A DNA stretch of 39,099 bases from a virus (lineage: Duplodnaviria > Caudoviricetes), in IMG/VR virus record IMGVR_UViG_3300036904_000072, positions 1-39,099 of that record, one strand, 5' to 3'. The position numbers were made by a program, and so were the translations under genes. The stretch's first letter is position 1, and each line of letters begins with the position of its first letter. Below the pieces are notes generated by a model. That model saw only the letters and a list, made by a program, of their open reading frames with translations, ran no database searches and had not been told where the DNA came from. This document shows, piece by piece, positions 9,887-19,300 of this stretch.

Positions 9887-10380
9887 AGTCATGTGCTGTC
9901 ATTGGATGTTTAAACAAATACAATGCAAAGGGATTTTGTCGATTTCATTATACTCGAATGTACCATACAGGAACCACTGAAAAGATTGTGCGTCCAAAAG
10001 TTAAAACTGAAAGAAAAATATGCTCTATTGCCGAGTGTGGAAAACATTGCTGGAGAAAGAGTTATTGTCACCGACATTATAAAGAAATTGTATTAAATTA
10101 TTTTCCGAAACCAAGAGGCCATCATAAGAAAATAGAAAAAGAACCATGTTCGGTGGCTTTTTGTGATCGCAATGCAACCCCTAAAGGTATGTGTAGAATG
10201 CATTATGTGCGATTTAAAAAGTATGGTAATCCTAATGTAAACTATGCTAATAACCACAGGAGAACTGCTAAAAATATAACTAACAATGAACTTAAATTCA
10301 CGCATTCGCACGAAGAAGTAATGATACTAAATGAATTCTTTGAAGAGGCAATCGGATTTTCGCGATATAACGAAGAATAA
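9883..10380 (+). CDS. Protein with three CxxxxC-x8-9-CxxHY zinc-finger repeats
   Basis: CAVIGC...FCRFHY, CSIAEC...YCHRHY, CSVAFC...MCRMHY; ATGA overlap with the HTH gene. Confidence 0.75.
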   Translation: MKSCAVIGCLNKYNAKGFCRFHYTRMYHTGTTEKIVRPKVKTERKICSIAECGKHCWRKSYCHRHYKEIVLNYFPKPRGHHKKIEKEPCSVAFCDRNATPKGMCRMHYVRFKKYGNPNVNYANNHRRTAKNITNNELKFTHSHEEVMILNEFFEEAIGFSRYNEE

Positions 10381-10432
10381 CCCACCAAGCCAAGTTATTA
10401 AGGAGATAGCAAAAACCTGGCGGGTTAAGATG

Positions 10433-11446
10433 TTATAACACAGTGTAACCAATCAAAATAGTTCCATTAAGAGCTGTTGCAGCAGTGTTATTATAAATTG
10501 TCAAAGTACTTGTTCCAGTTCCAGCTGTAGCCTTTAAAGTGATATTTTCAGTGGTGTTAGTACCGCCCATAATTGTCAATAATATGGCAGATGTAGCGCT
10601 TATTTTAGTATTAGTCCAAGTAATGGCATAACTAGAACCACCTGCTGTTGTTAAGGAGGAAGTAGTTATGACTCCAGCATTACCCGAAGCTGTTACAGCA
10701 TTTGTAGCTTCTGTACCATTGGCTTTTTGTAAGATAATTTGACCTGAACCAGATAATGTATTTACAGCAGTTAACTGCATAAGGTTTGTAGCAGCAACTC
10801 CTGAATCCGTCATTAGTCCGGCAGTTCCTGAGTTAACAGGAAAATTACCCGAGACAAAAGGTGTAGCTGTAGCTCCAATCATTACTTGACCGATTGCATT
10901 AGCAGGATCTGGAATGTTTATAACACTTGCTTGCCCCATCGCATCATTAGAAATAGTAGTTGTCGTATTTCCTGTGTTGGCAACGGCTGCCAAAACCAAT
11001 GAACCTTTACTAGCCGTGCCTGGAAATGAAGCCAAAGTTCCCGCGGTTCCCGAAAGGCCTGCCTGAATATTGCCACCGCTAATTGCAGTTGCAGGATCTT
11101 CTGACAAATGCCCACTTGTATTGGTATAAGTTGCAATATGATTTGCAATAGTTGGCAATGTAACTTCACCGGCATTGGATAACGCTACCAAAGTAATTAC
11201 GCCATTACTAATAGATACAGAAAACTGCTCAAAAGTACCTGTTGCAGTATTAGGATTAAAACTATACAAAGCATTAATAATATCTGTTGCTACAATTGGA
11301 TAGCTTTCAAGGTTAACAGCATTTAGATAACCAGCGGTTGTTATTGTAGACAAATTATCACCAACAACCATATACTTTTGAACTGGTAATATGCCCACTG
11401 TTCCTGCTAATGGCGTTGGTAACTGAAATATCGTTGGAGTGGTCAT
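10433..11446 (-). CDS. Putative virion structural protein (T/A/G/S-rich)
   Basis: 337 aa, beta-rich composition, within the head module. Confidence 0.6.
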   Translation of the reverse strand: MTTPTIFQLPTPLAGTVGILPVQKYMVVGDNLSTITTAGYLNAVNLESYPIVATDIINALYSFNPNTATGTFEQFSVSISNGVITLVALSNAGEVTLPTIANHIATYTNTSGHLSEDPATAISGGNIQAGLSGTAGTLASFPGTASKGSLVLAAVANTGNTTTTISNDAMGQASVINIPDPANAIGQVMIGATATPFVSGNFPVNSGTAGLMTDSGVAATNLMQLTAVNTLSGSGQIILQKANGTEATNAVTASGNAGVITTSSLTTAGGSSYAITWTNTKISATSAILLTIMGGTNTTENITLKATAGTGTSTLTIYNNTAATALNGTILIGYTVL

Positions 11447-11458
11447 GGTATCAAGTCC

Positions 11459-11677
11459 TTATGCTTTGCGTGGCGTTAGAGAATCACCTGAGCGTTTCCA
11501 ATGGGATTCCATTTTGCCGCCTCCATGCTTCCATCCTCCAGCCATAGAACCTTTGTGGCCTTCTTTGTCAGCACGCGTTGTATCGCCCTTACGTTGCATA
11601 ACACGAGCAATACCTTGTTGGTGATCGTCTTTCACCATCCGATTGTCAATCATACCGTCTTTACATTTATATTCCAT
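11459..11677 (-). CDS. Small basic hypothetical protein
   Basis: In-operon ORF with tight spacing. Confidence 0.6.
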   Translation of the reverse strand: MEYKCKDGMIDNRMVKDDHQQGIARVMQRKGDTTRADKEGHKGSMAGGWKHGGGKMESHWKRSGDSLTPRKA

Positions 11678-11708
11678 GGCAGCACCTTAAATGTTGTTAG
11701 TCATTATA

Positions 11709-11906
11709 TTACTTCTTTTTGCTTATCTTACGCAATGTTTCGGCAAGAACGGCGCGTTTTTTTAAAGTCTTATTTTTACTATGCTCAGCCTTTTCTAGCT
11801 TTTTTTCAGGGATCTTCTTGCCTTCTTTTACATCTAATTCCTTATGCAATGCACCTTTTTTCATATGCATTTTACCAATCCATTTACCATCTTTTTTATT
11901 AGTCAT
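11709..11906 (-). CDS. Small Lys-rich phage protein (KKGALHKEL..GKKIP type)
   Basis: Motif recurrent in head modules of environmental podophages. Confidence 0.7.
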   Translation of the reverse strand: MTNKKDGKWIGKMHMKKGALHKELDVKEGKKIPEKKLEKAEHSKNKTLKKRAVLAETLRKISKKK

Positions 11907-11911
11907 GGCAC

Positions 11912-12103
11912 TTACTCAACAGATTGGGGAGTTTGTACGGAAGGACTTGCTACAGCATTAGCAACAAACTTAGTATTCACATAATTCACCAAGTCCTCAC
12001 CAATAACACCTGCGGTTTGCAATATATATTGGGCAATAGCAGGTTCTTGTGCCGCTACTTCTTTCTCAAGCATTCCTAAAATAACACTACTAAAAAAACT
12101 CAT
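11912..12103 (-). CDS. Hypothetical protein
   Basis: GGAG SD; tight operon packing. Confidence 0.65.
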   Translation of the reverse strand: MSFFSSVILGMLEKEVAAQEPAIAQYILQTAGVIGEDLVNYVNTKFVANAVASPSVQTPQSVE

Positions 12104-12104
12104 A

Positions 12105-12308
12105 TTAATCTCCGTGTTTGCCTTTCTTATATACAGGACTGCCAGCTTTAGGGCTTCGAGTACCTTCTTTTGTTGGCTTTTCTATTTTACGCCGTGTTTT
12201 GTTGGTGTCTTTTGCCACGGGTTTAATAGACTTTACAACCGATTTGAAAGCTTTTTCGGTGTCTTTGTTAGCTCTTTTATTATATGGACTTTTCATCTTG
12301 ACGCTCAT
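12105..12308 (-). CDS. Small Lys-rich hypothetical protein
   Basis: GAGGG SD; operon packing. Confidence 0.6.
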   Translation of the reverse strand: MSVKMKSPYNKRANKDTEKAFKSVVKSIKPVAKDTNKTRRKIEKPTKEGTRSPKAGSPVYKKGKHGD

Positions 12309-12411
12309 TTTGTTTGCCCTCTTGGTTAAGCATCCAGGTTTCTACACGCAATAGGCGCTCATGTAGCATTTGCATTGCTTTTAATACTTCTTCTAGTTCT
12401 GATTTACTCAT
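12280..12411 (-). CDS. 43-aa hypothetical protein (MSKSELEEVLKAMQML...)
   Basis: Read by hand; ATGA overlap with the upstream gene; fills the gap. Confidence 0.55.
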   Translation of the reverse strand: MSKSELEEVLKAMQMLHERLLRVETWMLNQEGKQNERQDEKSI

Positions 12412-12590
12412 TTCTTATCCTTACTATCCCAAACAGTTTTATATAAGTCACGACGTTCTTGTGGATTAGCCCCGTCTAAATGACGACGTACTGAATTTTC
12501 TAATTGCCTATCATTTAACTTGTATACGCGCTTAATGTCTGAGAATGTAGCCGAAAATAAATCATTCCAGGTTACTTTTCCATTACTCAT
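12408..12590 (-). CDS. Hypothetical protein
   Basis: ATGA overlap with portal; AAGGAG SD. Confidence 0.65.
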   Translation of the reverse strand: MSNGKVTWNDLFSATFSDIKRVYKLNDRQLENSVRRHLDGANPQERRDLYKTVWDSKDKK

Positions 12591-14701
12591 CTTTGTAGCT
12601 CCTTTTTACTATTCATAATCTCGTGTGAAAGCTTATTGTAATTGAATGCGTGTTTGTGATTTACATCTAGCTCCTTAATCTTGACATCTTGCTGCTTAGC
12701 AAATCTTTCTGTTTGCGCCTTAACCAGTTGGACGCTATTTTGTTCATGCGCAAGTTTCGCTTCAACTGCTAATTTTTCTTTCTCAAGCTCAAGCTTGGCC
12801 ATATCTATCTGGTGTTGTCCCTGGTCTTTCTGAGATTGTTGCTGTAGTTTAGCCATCTCAACCTGGTTTTTCATCATAGCAGGGTCTTGTTGCATTTGTT
12901 GTTGCTGTATTTGCATAGCTTGTTGTTTCATTTGTTCTTGTTCTTTTTGCCATGCGTCCACTTCTGCCTTCAGCTGGTCAATACCTTTGCCTTCCATGTT
13001 ATCAAGCACGAAATTGATACCTTTGCTGGCGATAAACTGTGAAAATTCAGGCGATACTGACATCACTTCTTTAACCATAGCAATAGTCTTAGATTTTTGA
13101 ACCTGGAAGCTAGGGCCTGCCTTCACCACAACGTTTAATGCATTTGTATCAAAGTCAAACGGCAACCCATCTTCTGTGTTAATCTTCACAAAATGACGCT
13201 CGCCTTTTTCATCCATAATAGGTATGGTTCGTGGTGTTTTATAGTACTTAGGAAGCAAATCTACATAAAGCTCATAAGCTCTAGAAAGCCCTTCCATTCC
13301 TCCAACAATATAGGGCATTGCAGCACTATTAGATTGTGTAGCTCCTTCGACAATTGCAACACCTGATAATTGATTGTTATTTATACCAAGGCTTGCATCA
13401 TAACTACCTAATACCTGCTCCATTAGCGAGTCAACGCCTGTAAATGCCTGCGCTATTTCTGGGGGCATTGGCACTTTGGTAACTTCACGTATAGGTTGTT
13501 GAATCGGCATTTCAGGATTTGATTCGTGGACACTGTTGAATACATAAATATTTGCTTTTTGCGGGTCTTTGTAGGCTTCTAAAAACTCTTCTTCTTTCGG
13601 CAATGCTTCTTTTGCTACCATGAGTTTGGCTTGTGTCATGTTTTCGATTTCATTGGCCCACGCAATACCGGCATAGTTCTTAAGGCGTTGAGCGCCTTTA
13701 GCATGATACACATAAGGCCTACACACCTGGCGTACGTTACCATTTTTTGGTGTTTTCACCATAACGCTTGAACCATCAACAAACACCAACGGCAACATAG
13801 TGTAGTCGGTGACTTCGTGCTCTAGAATTTGGTTGTCTATTACACGATAGCGCTCAATGCTTTCTATTAGTGTTTTTCTGGATTTTCCCATGGTTTGCGG
13901 TGGTACTGTAATGTCATCCCACTCGTCGACCATTTTGCGGTATTTCTTCATAGTCATAACAGTACCCATTTCAGTACCATCTTGTACACGAACAATAGTT
14001 TGTTCTTTGCGTACTTTTTCGTAGTAGTCTGCAACTAGGAGTATTTGTGAGTTGTCATTGATATACGACCAGTTAAAGCCTGCAAAGTTTCGTGTGTAGG
14101 AAATAGTGTTAATAGGTGTATCTGGGTATTCTTCCTGGAATTGTTCTTTGTCTTTTGGAAATAATTCCGCACAAAACATGCCGTCACCCTTGTGACTATA
14201 TTTTGCTATCTTGTCAAACACACAAAGGTCGGGCTGGCAGCGGTCTATCTTGATAACCTGATCCATAGACATAGGGTTTGCGTAATCTGTATATACTTTA
14301 AGCACACTAAAGCCGCCAGCATACAAGTCTTTGAACATTTGATATCTAGTATTGTGGTTGTCAATGTCCATAAGGGTGTGACGCAAATGCTGCTCTACTA
14401 CTTTCATTGTGAGCCAATCTGCCTTGGATTCGTCATCGGCTGTGATGGTAACATCTGGTAATTGTTTGGATATCTCGCCAAGGAGTCTTGATATTCTTGC
14501 TTCTACAGTGTTGAACTCAAGTTGCGGTTGGTTCTTTGATTGTAATAATGTGATTTCGTCGTTTGTTAGGTTGCTTTCAAATACAAAACGGATGAATTCA
14601 TTGTACCTGTCGTAATTGTGTTTAAAGTAATCGTGTGCATTACGGACACGGTTTTTAATCTTAGGTAATCTATCTTGGTATTCTTTAGCTACTGGTTGCA
14701 T
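12587..14701 (-). CDS. Portal protein (P22 gp1-like)
   Basis: 704 aa after TerL; PQLEFN and SGVAI motifs; long Q-rich C-terminal coiled-coil barrel. Confidence 0.9.
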   Translation of the reverse strand: MQPVAKEYQDRLPKIKNRVRNAHDYFKHNYDRYNEFIRFVFESNLTNDEITLLQSKNQPQLEFNTVEARISRLLGEISKQLPDVTITADDESKADWLTMKVVEQHLRHTLMDIDNHNTRYQMFKDLYAGGFSVLKVYTDYANPMSMDQVIKIDRCQPDLCVFDKIAKYSHKGDGMFCAELFPKDKEQFQEEYPDTPINTISYTRNFAGFNWSYINDNSQILLVADYYEKVRKEQTIVRVQDGTEMGTVMTMKKYRKMVDEWDDITVPPQTMGKSRKTLIESIERYRVIDNQILEHEVTDYTMLPLVFVDGSSVMVKTPKNGNVRQVCRPYVYHAKGAQRLKNYAGIAWANEIENMTQAKLMVAKEALPKEEEFLEAYKDPQKANIYVFNSVHESNPEMPIQQPIREVTKVPMPPEIAQAFTGVDSLMEQVLGSYDASLGINNNQLSGVAIVEGATQSNSAAMPYIVGGMEGLSRAYELYVDLLPKYYKTPRTIPIMDEKGERHFVKINTEDGLPFDFDTNALNVVVKAGPSFQVQKSKTIAMVKEVMSVSPEFSQFIASKGINFVLDNMEGKGIDQLKAEVDAWQKEQEQMKQQAMQIQQQQMQQDPAMMKNQVEMAKLQQQSQKDQGQHQIDMAKLELEKEKLAVEAKLAHEQNSVQLVKAQTERFAKQQDVKIKELDVNHKHAFNYNKLSHEIMNSKKELQR

Positions 14702-14723
14702 ATTGTTGTCCGTAACAATGTAA

Positions 14724-17120
14724 TTAGCTTGAGTATGCGGCCTTTTTGAGGCGTTGGGTATTATTATGATCGAAACTTAATGTTTTTGCTAGTTCTGTGT
14801 AGTCTGTTTCTGATTTTGACGTCAAGATTATAGTTTTATCTATCAGTGCGAACTTAATTCCATCGGCAAGTGTGTCACAATTTGATACTAATATAGCGTT
14901 CGCGTAGTAAACGCCATAAGGTTCAACCGTTAGATTGAATACCTTTTGTTCTTGCTCGTTTTTCTCTTGCACGTTTTGCATATTCTGCATGGTGACATTT
15001 TGTTGAACAATAAACGGCACATCCGATTCCGACAAATTCATTGTTACAAACTTTGCAGTTATGAACCCATTGTTTAAGCAAACTTGTTCGTGCATTGTTA
15101 CTGTGCCAAGCATGTCCTTCTTGTGATTTATGCCATTCTTTAGCTTTTTCTTGAGCCAATTTAAAATGTTCTTTGCCTTCCGTACTATTATTCCATCGCA
15201 TGCGATCTTGATAATGGTCTGCAATATGTTTGTCCCTAGAAATACACTCCAAGTTTTCATAGTTGTTATTAAAATAGTCATGATCTTTATGGTGAACCAC
15301 GTAGCCTTTTGGAACTGTCTGGCCACTATAAAACTCCCAAATTGCCACATGCAAGCCTTTAGCACCTTTTCTAGATTTCTTCTTTGCTTGACTAAGATAA
15401 TAGCGTCTCGCCCCCATGAGTCTATATTCAATTCCATTGAAAGCAATAATTTCTGGTATCTCCATCGCGCTAACTCTCTAAATGACAATCTATGTATTTT
15501 AGCATCATCAGTTAATGTGTCAAGGTGTTCAAATTTGAATTGGTGTAATATAGGGTGATTAATTGTTCCTGTTAACCCTAATTTATTTATGACCTTTTTA
15601 ATTCCTGTTTGACCACATGCAGTGACTTTTCCATAACCAAAAGGGGTTATAATTAAATCATCCAGAGTGATATTTTCGATATTTTTATATCCATATTTCG
15701 TTGCAATTCTTGTTCCTGCCACAAAGCATATATCATCCCAGCGATGTGTATCGTTTGCTGTTATTTTAGACATGTGGTCTAAACATAGTTTAACGTGACG
15801 TGCTTGGCTAGATAGTGATACTTTTCTATCGGCAATATAAGGTTGGCATTCTAGAAAGCGTTGTGTTTTGCTTCCTGAGGCTCTGTTGCGCTCTATTTCT
15901 CTGATGTTTACTGTGCGGACTTTTTCTTTAAGAACACTGACAAGTGTTGCGCCTGTAGACTTCTTTTCTATTGCTGCTATCTTTGGCTTAACAGGGTGTC
16001 TCAAGCACTCTTGTAGGAATGTCATAAACTCAAATTCCAAGTCTTTTGGTTCTATTCTAAGCTCTACACAATCTAGCCAATGCAGCCCATAATCACCTGT
16101 TTTTTGCCCAAACTCTTCTATTTCATATATACCAAAAAAGCTAAATACTGTTGCATCGTTATACGATTTGTTTGTTTCCGCGGTATCTGCGGTAATAAAT
16201 GTCGCTAGCATTTTAGGCTCTTCATCGAGCAATACAAACCATTCGGGTTTAAATACAGCACCTCCTGCAGGAATGGGGTCTTGTTGGTATTGTGAAGCAA
16301 ATACGTAAGGATCACACTCTTGTTTGATACGCAACATGGACAATGGTTGCGCTTCTGGATACATCGCATTCCCAGCATCATCTATACTTTTTAATATTAC
16401 CTGGTGCCACTTATAACCGTCTTTACTAGCGATAAGATATGCCGCCAAATCATCTTCATGAAGACGCTGTCCTATAAATATTATTGGGACGTTTGTTCCT
16501 CGCATACGCTGTTGGATTGTTTCGCGGTAATTGTCGATAACACTTTGTCGAATTGTGTCCGAGTGTACTTCGTCTGGTTTGTGAGCATCGTCAATAATAA
16601 CTGCACCACTAAATCGTTCCAGTCCGGGCAATCCTGCGTCTTGTCCTGTGATTGCGCCTCCAGAACCGAAAGCTGCGACAGCGCCTCCATCAGTAGTTTG
16701 GAAATATTCCCTAGCTTTGCTGTCATGTCTAATTTTTACATCGAATAAATAAGTATAATGCGGTAATTGCATAATACGTTTAATTGTTTCAGTATGTTTC
16801 GCTGCAAGTACTTTAGAATATGAGATGTATAAAAATCTGGAATCAGAATAATTAGCCAAGCACCACGCAACCCAGATAGCTAATAAAGTTGATTTCCCGC
16901 TTCCTGGACTAATATTAATCATAAGTCTATGGTCTGGGATTTCTAAGCGCATTGCCTGAGATAAGGAGCGACATACCGTTATATGGTGAGATTCGCGCCC
17001 TGCAGGGCATGATATTATAAACTCACGGCCTGTAAGTAGAGGGTAAAAGAATTGTGTAAAGCGCAGCAAAGAACCCTTAAGTTCTGATGCCAACTCTTCC
17101 TTGTCTTGGTCTATTTTCAT
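14724..17120 (-). CDS. terL: Terminase large subunit, intein-containing precursor (798 aa; 515 aa spliced)
   Basis: Walker A SPGSGKS, Walker B IIDD, QRLH motif; nuclease motifs ITADTA, AIEKK and HRWDDI/CD. Confidence 0.95.
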   Translation of the reverse strand: MKIDQDKEELASELKGSLLRFTQFFYPLLTGREFIISCPAGRESHHITVCRSLSQAMRLEIPDHRLMINISPGSGKSTLLAIWVAWCLANYSDSRFLYISYSKVLAAKHTETIKRIMQLPHYTYLFDVKIRHDSKAREYFQTTDGGAVAAFGSGGAITGQDAGLPGLERFSGAVIIDDAHKPDEVHSDTIRQSVIDNYRETIQQRMRGTNVPIIFIGQRLHEDDLAAYLIASKDGYKWHQVILKSIDDAGNAMYPEAQPLSMLRIKQECDPYVFASQYQQDPIPAGGAVFKPEWFVLLDEEPKMLATFITADTAETNKSYNDATVFSFFGIYEIEEFGQKTGDYGLHWLDCVELRIEPKDLEFEFMTFLQECLRHPVKPKIAAIEKKSTGATLVSVLKEKVRTVNIREIERNRASGSKTQRFLECQPYIADRKVSLSSQARHVKLCLDHMSKITANDTHRWDDICFVAGTRIATKYGYKNIENITLDDLIITPFGYGKVTACGQTGIKKVINKLGLTGTINHPILHQFKFEHLDTLTDDAKIHRLSFRELARWRYQKLLLSMELNIDSWGRDAIILVKQRRNLEKVLKACMWQFGSFIVARQFQKATWFTIKIMTILITTMKTWSVFLGTNILQTIIKIACDGIIVRKAKNILNWLKKKLKNGINHKKDMLGTVTMHEQVCLNNGFITAKFVTMNLSESDVPFIVQQNVTMQNMQNVQEKNEQEQKVFNLTVEPYGVYYANAILVSNCDTLADGIKFALIDKTIILTSKSETDYTELAKTLSFDHNNTQRLKKAAYSS
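14880..15728 (-). mobile_element. Intein in TerL (aa 465-747, 283 aa)
   Basis: Block A CFVAGTRIAT, block B GTINHPI, block F VFNLTVE..GVYYAN, block G LVSN followed by +1 Cys. Confidence 0.93.
14923..15465 (-). CDS. HNH homing endonuclease with C-terminal Zn finger, out of frame inside the intein
   Basis: LHVAIWE...G...PKGYVVHHKD....NN...NLEC.....H; CKVC...YCSTKC; own ATG with AGAGAG upstream. Confidence 0.9.
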   Translation of the reverse strand: MEIPEIIAFNGIEYRLMGARRYYLSQAKKKSRKGAKGLHVAIWEFYSGQTVPKGYVVHHKDHDYFNNNYENLECISRDKHIADHYQDRMRWNNSTEGKEHFKLAQEKAKEWHKSQEGHAWHSNNARTSLLKQWVHNCKVCNNEFVGIGCAVYCSTKCHHAEYAKRAREKRARTKGIQSNG

Positions 17121-17284
17121 TCATCTTCTAGCATTTCGAATAAGGCATTATAACGTTCTTGCAAGCATTCCATAAGATGATAGTGTGAATCATTAACTTT
17201 TTCTGTAGATACTAGCGGAAGCCAAGTTAATGCATCTATAAACCCTTGTAATTGCAATGCCTTGTCTCGGGTTTCTTTTTTCAT
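17117..17284 (-). CDS. 55-aa hypothetical protein (MKKETRDKALQLQG...)
   Basis: Read by hand; ATGA overlaps at both ends. Confidence 0.6.
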   Translation of the reverse strand: MKKETRDKALQLQGFIDALTWLPLVSTEKVNDSHYHLMECLQERYNALFEMLEDE

Positions 17285-17508
17285 TCTATCTTCTCAATTT
17301 TCCAACTAATACGCCAACCATGGCTGGGGGCCTGGGCGCAAGTACCAAATAAAGCCATTTCAAATTCTCGCGCATAATCTTTACAATACTTTGACACTAA
17401 GTCTAAATAATAAAGAGAAGGCAAACCATTTTCTTGTCTATATTCATGAGTTTCGTTAAGAGGCGCTGTTTTCCAGTCTTTACTGTATAAAATATTATCA
17501 GTCATCAA
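17281..17508 (-). CDS. Hypothetical protein
   Basis: Coupled to terS by overlap. Confidence 0.55.
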   Translation of the reverse strand: MMTDNILYSKDWKTAPLNETHEYRQENGLPSLYYLDLVSKYCKDYAREFEMALFGTCAQAPSHGWRISWKIEKIE

Positions 17509-17885
17509 TACTCACTTCTATTCTTAGCATCCAATTTCTTACGCAAATCCATAAGTTCCATTTTTAAACTCATATTGGCATCTTCAACAGCTTTTTGCTC
17601 ATGTTCGGAATCCGCTGTACGCCATCGAGCGCGCGTTTTGAGCCAAAATATTTGTGCTGATAAGTCATCTTGTTGAGTTGCTTTGTTGAACAATCCTCGT
17701 GCGACCATAGCATTAGATTTAATAACAGCGGTATCTAATTCACGCCTGTAATATTTAACCAATGTATCCACGCAGATATCAAGATATAGAGCTATTTCTT
17801 CTTGAGTGTTTCCAAAACTTGCAAGCGCACTAACTTCAATCCTAGTTTTTTCAGTAGGAACGTGGGGGGTATTATCGGGCATCAT
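17505..17885 (-). CDS. terS: Terminase small subunit
   Basis: HTH (G.TQEEIA..LDI..DTL.KYY..EL) and AQIFWLKTRARW motif; upstream of TerL. Confidence 0.8.
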   Translation of the reverse strand: MMPDNTPHVPTEKTRIEVSALASFGNTQEEIALYLDICVDTLVKYYRRELDTAVIKSNAMVARGLFNKATQQDDLSAQIFWLKTRARWRTADSEHEQKAVEDANMSLKMELMDLRKKLDAKNRSEY

Positions 17886-19057
17886 TCCTCCAATACGGCT
17901 TTTTTGCCGGTGTAGTTCTCATACCTTTTTATTATCACATCGCAATACTTTGGGTCAAGTTCCATCATAAAGCATTTACGTTTAGTTTTCTCGCAAGCTA
18001 TTAGGGTTGATCCGGATCCACCGAATAGGTCTAATACTGTTTTTCCTTTAGGGTTTAATTCTTCAAAACACCATTCAGCTAATACAATAGGCTTTTGAGT
18101 AGGGTGGACTCTGCCTTCACCTTGTTCGGATCCTTTAATCATACCCTTCCACAAATGTCTAAATATTCTCACCGATTCTTTTTTAGGATGTTTAACATAA
18201 GCCATTTCACAATCAGAATTCATGTCGCGCTGTTTTTCTTCAACGCGTTTGTCCCATATTAACCAACATGCAGATGCTGGTATTTTATGGGCGTAATAAT
18301 TTCCACCCCAATAGCATATAATGTCTGAAAGTGTCTCGCATATTGAATATGCAGCTAACGCCGTATCTATAGAGTCATCACCGATTATCTTGCTAAACTT
18401 ATTACCTTTGGCTAATCGGGTGAGAGATGGAAATTCGCGGTCAGTTTCTTCATTAATACCATAAGGAGGATCGGTAAATACCATATCAGCCTTGGTGCCA
18501 TCCATAAGTTTATCAACAGCATCGATGCTAGCACTATCGCCACACATAAGCCTATGCTCACCAAGCAACCAAATATCGCCTAATTTAGTGATTGATTCTT
18601 CAGGAACCTGCGGACAATCATCTTCATCGCAAAATGTATCAGGTTCTTCATTAGGCAATATTTCACACAATTCCTCAATACTAAAGCCGGTCAATTCCAA
18701 ATTAAAATCATCAGATTTTAATGAATCCAATTCCAAGCGCAGCATATCCAAATCCCAACTAGCATTTAATGCTAATTTATTGTCAGCTATAACGTATGCC
18801 TTCTTTTGACATTTAGTGAGATGTGATAGAACTATGCAAGGAACAGTCTCAAATTTTAATATTTTTGCAGCTTCAAGACGACAGTGTCCTGCTATTAACT
18901 CATTTTTATCATCTATTAATAACGGGTTAGTGAAGCCAAATTCGCAGATAGAATTAACTATTTGTTGTACTTGTTGGTCTGAATGTGTACGAGAATTGTG
19001 TGTGTATTTTTTGATTAAATCGATCGATATTTCTTTATAATCCCGAAGCTGGACCAT
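17882..19057 (-). CDS. ParB-like domain fused to N6A/N4C DNA methyltransferase
   Basis: NSRTH...EFGF..P...AGHCR.EAA (ParBc); DPPY, HPTQKP, DLFGGSGST. Confidence 0.92.
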   Translation of the reverse strand: MVQLRDYKEISIDLIKKYTHNSRTHSDQQVQQIVNSICEFGFTNPLLIDDKNELIAGHCRLEAAKILKFETVPCIVLSHLTKCQKKAYVIADNKLALNASWDLDMLRLELDSLKSDDFNLELTGFSIEELCEILPNEEPDTFCDEDDCPQVPEESITKLGDIWLLGEHRLMCGDSASIDAVDKLMDGTKADMVFTDPPYGINEETDREFPSLTRLAKGNKFSKIIGDDSIDTALAAYSICETLSDIICYWGGNYYAHKIPASACWLIWDKRVEEKQRDMNSDCEMAYVKHPKKESVRIFRHLWKGMIKGSEQGEGRVHPTQKPIVLAEWCFEELNPKGKTVLDLFGGSGSTLIACEKTKRKCFMMELDPKYCDVIIKRYENYTGKKAVLEE

Positions 19058-19060
19058 AAT

Positions 19061-19300
19061 CTACGCTATCTTATCAAATTCGGATTCAAACACAGTCACT
19101 GCCTCTTCTTTCGAAATGTCATGGGTTTGCATAATGTTGTCAATGGCTTCTTTATATGCTTTAGAACGCTTGTCTATAGTTACAGGTTTAGCAATGGCTA
19201 CTACACTATCTCGCACCTCACCATCATCACACTCACAGTCCTTGTATATCATACCAAGACCCATGATTTTACCTGTTCCCATACATTTACTACAACGCAT
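19061..19300 (-). CDS. Small protein with CxxCxGxG zinc knuckle
   Basis: CSKCMGTG...DCEC; first gene of the packaging operon. Confidence 0.65.
   Translation of the reverse strand: MRCSKCMGTGKIMGLGMIYKDCECDDGEVRDSVVAIAKPVTIDKRSKAYKEAIDNIMQTHDISKEEAVTVFESEFDKIA

Noticed and set aside
15130-15558. Third (antisense) open frame inside the intein
   Set aside because: No motif or SD; it is the antisense shadow of the intein frame
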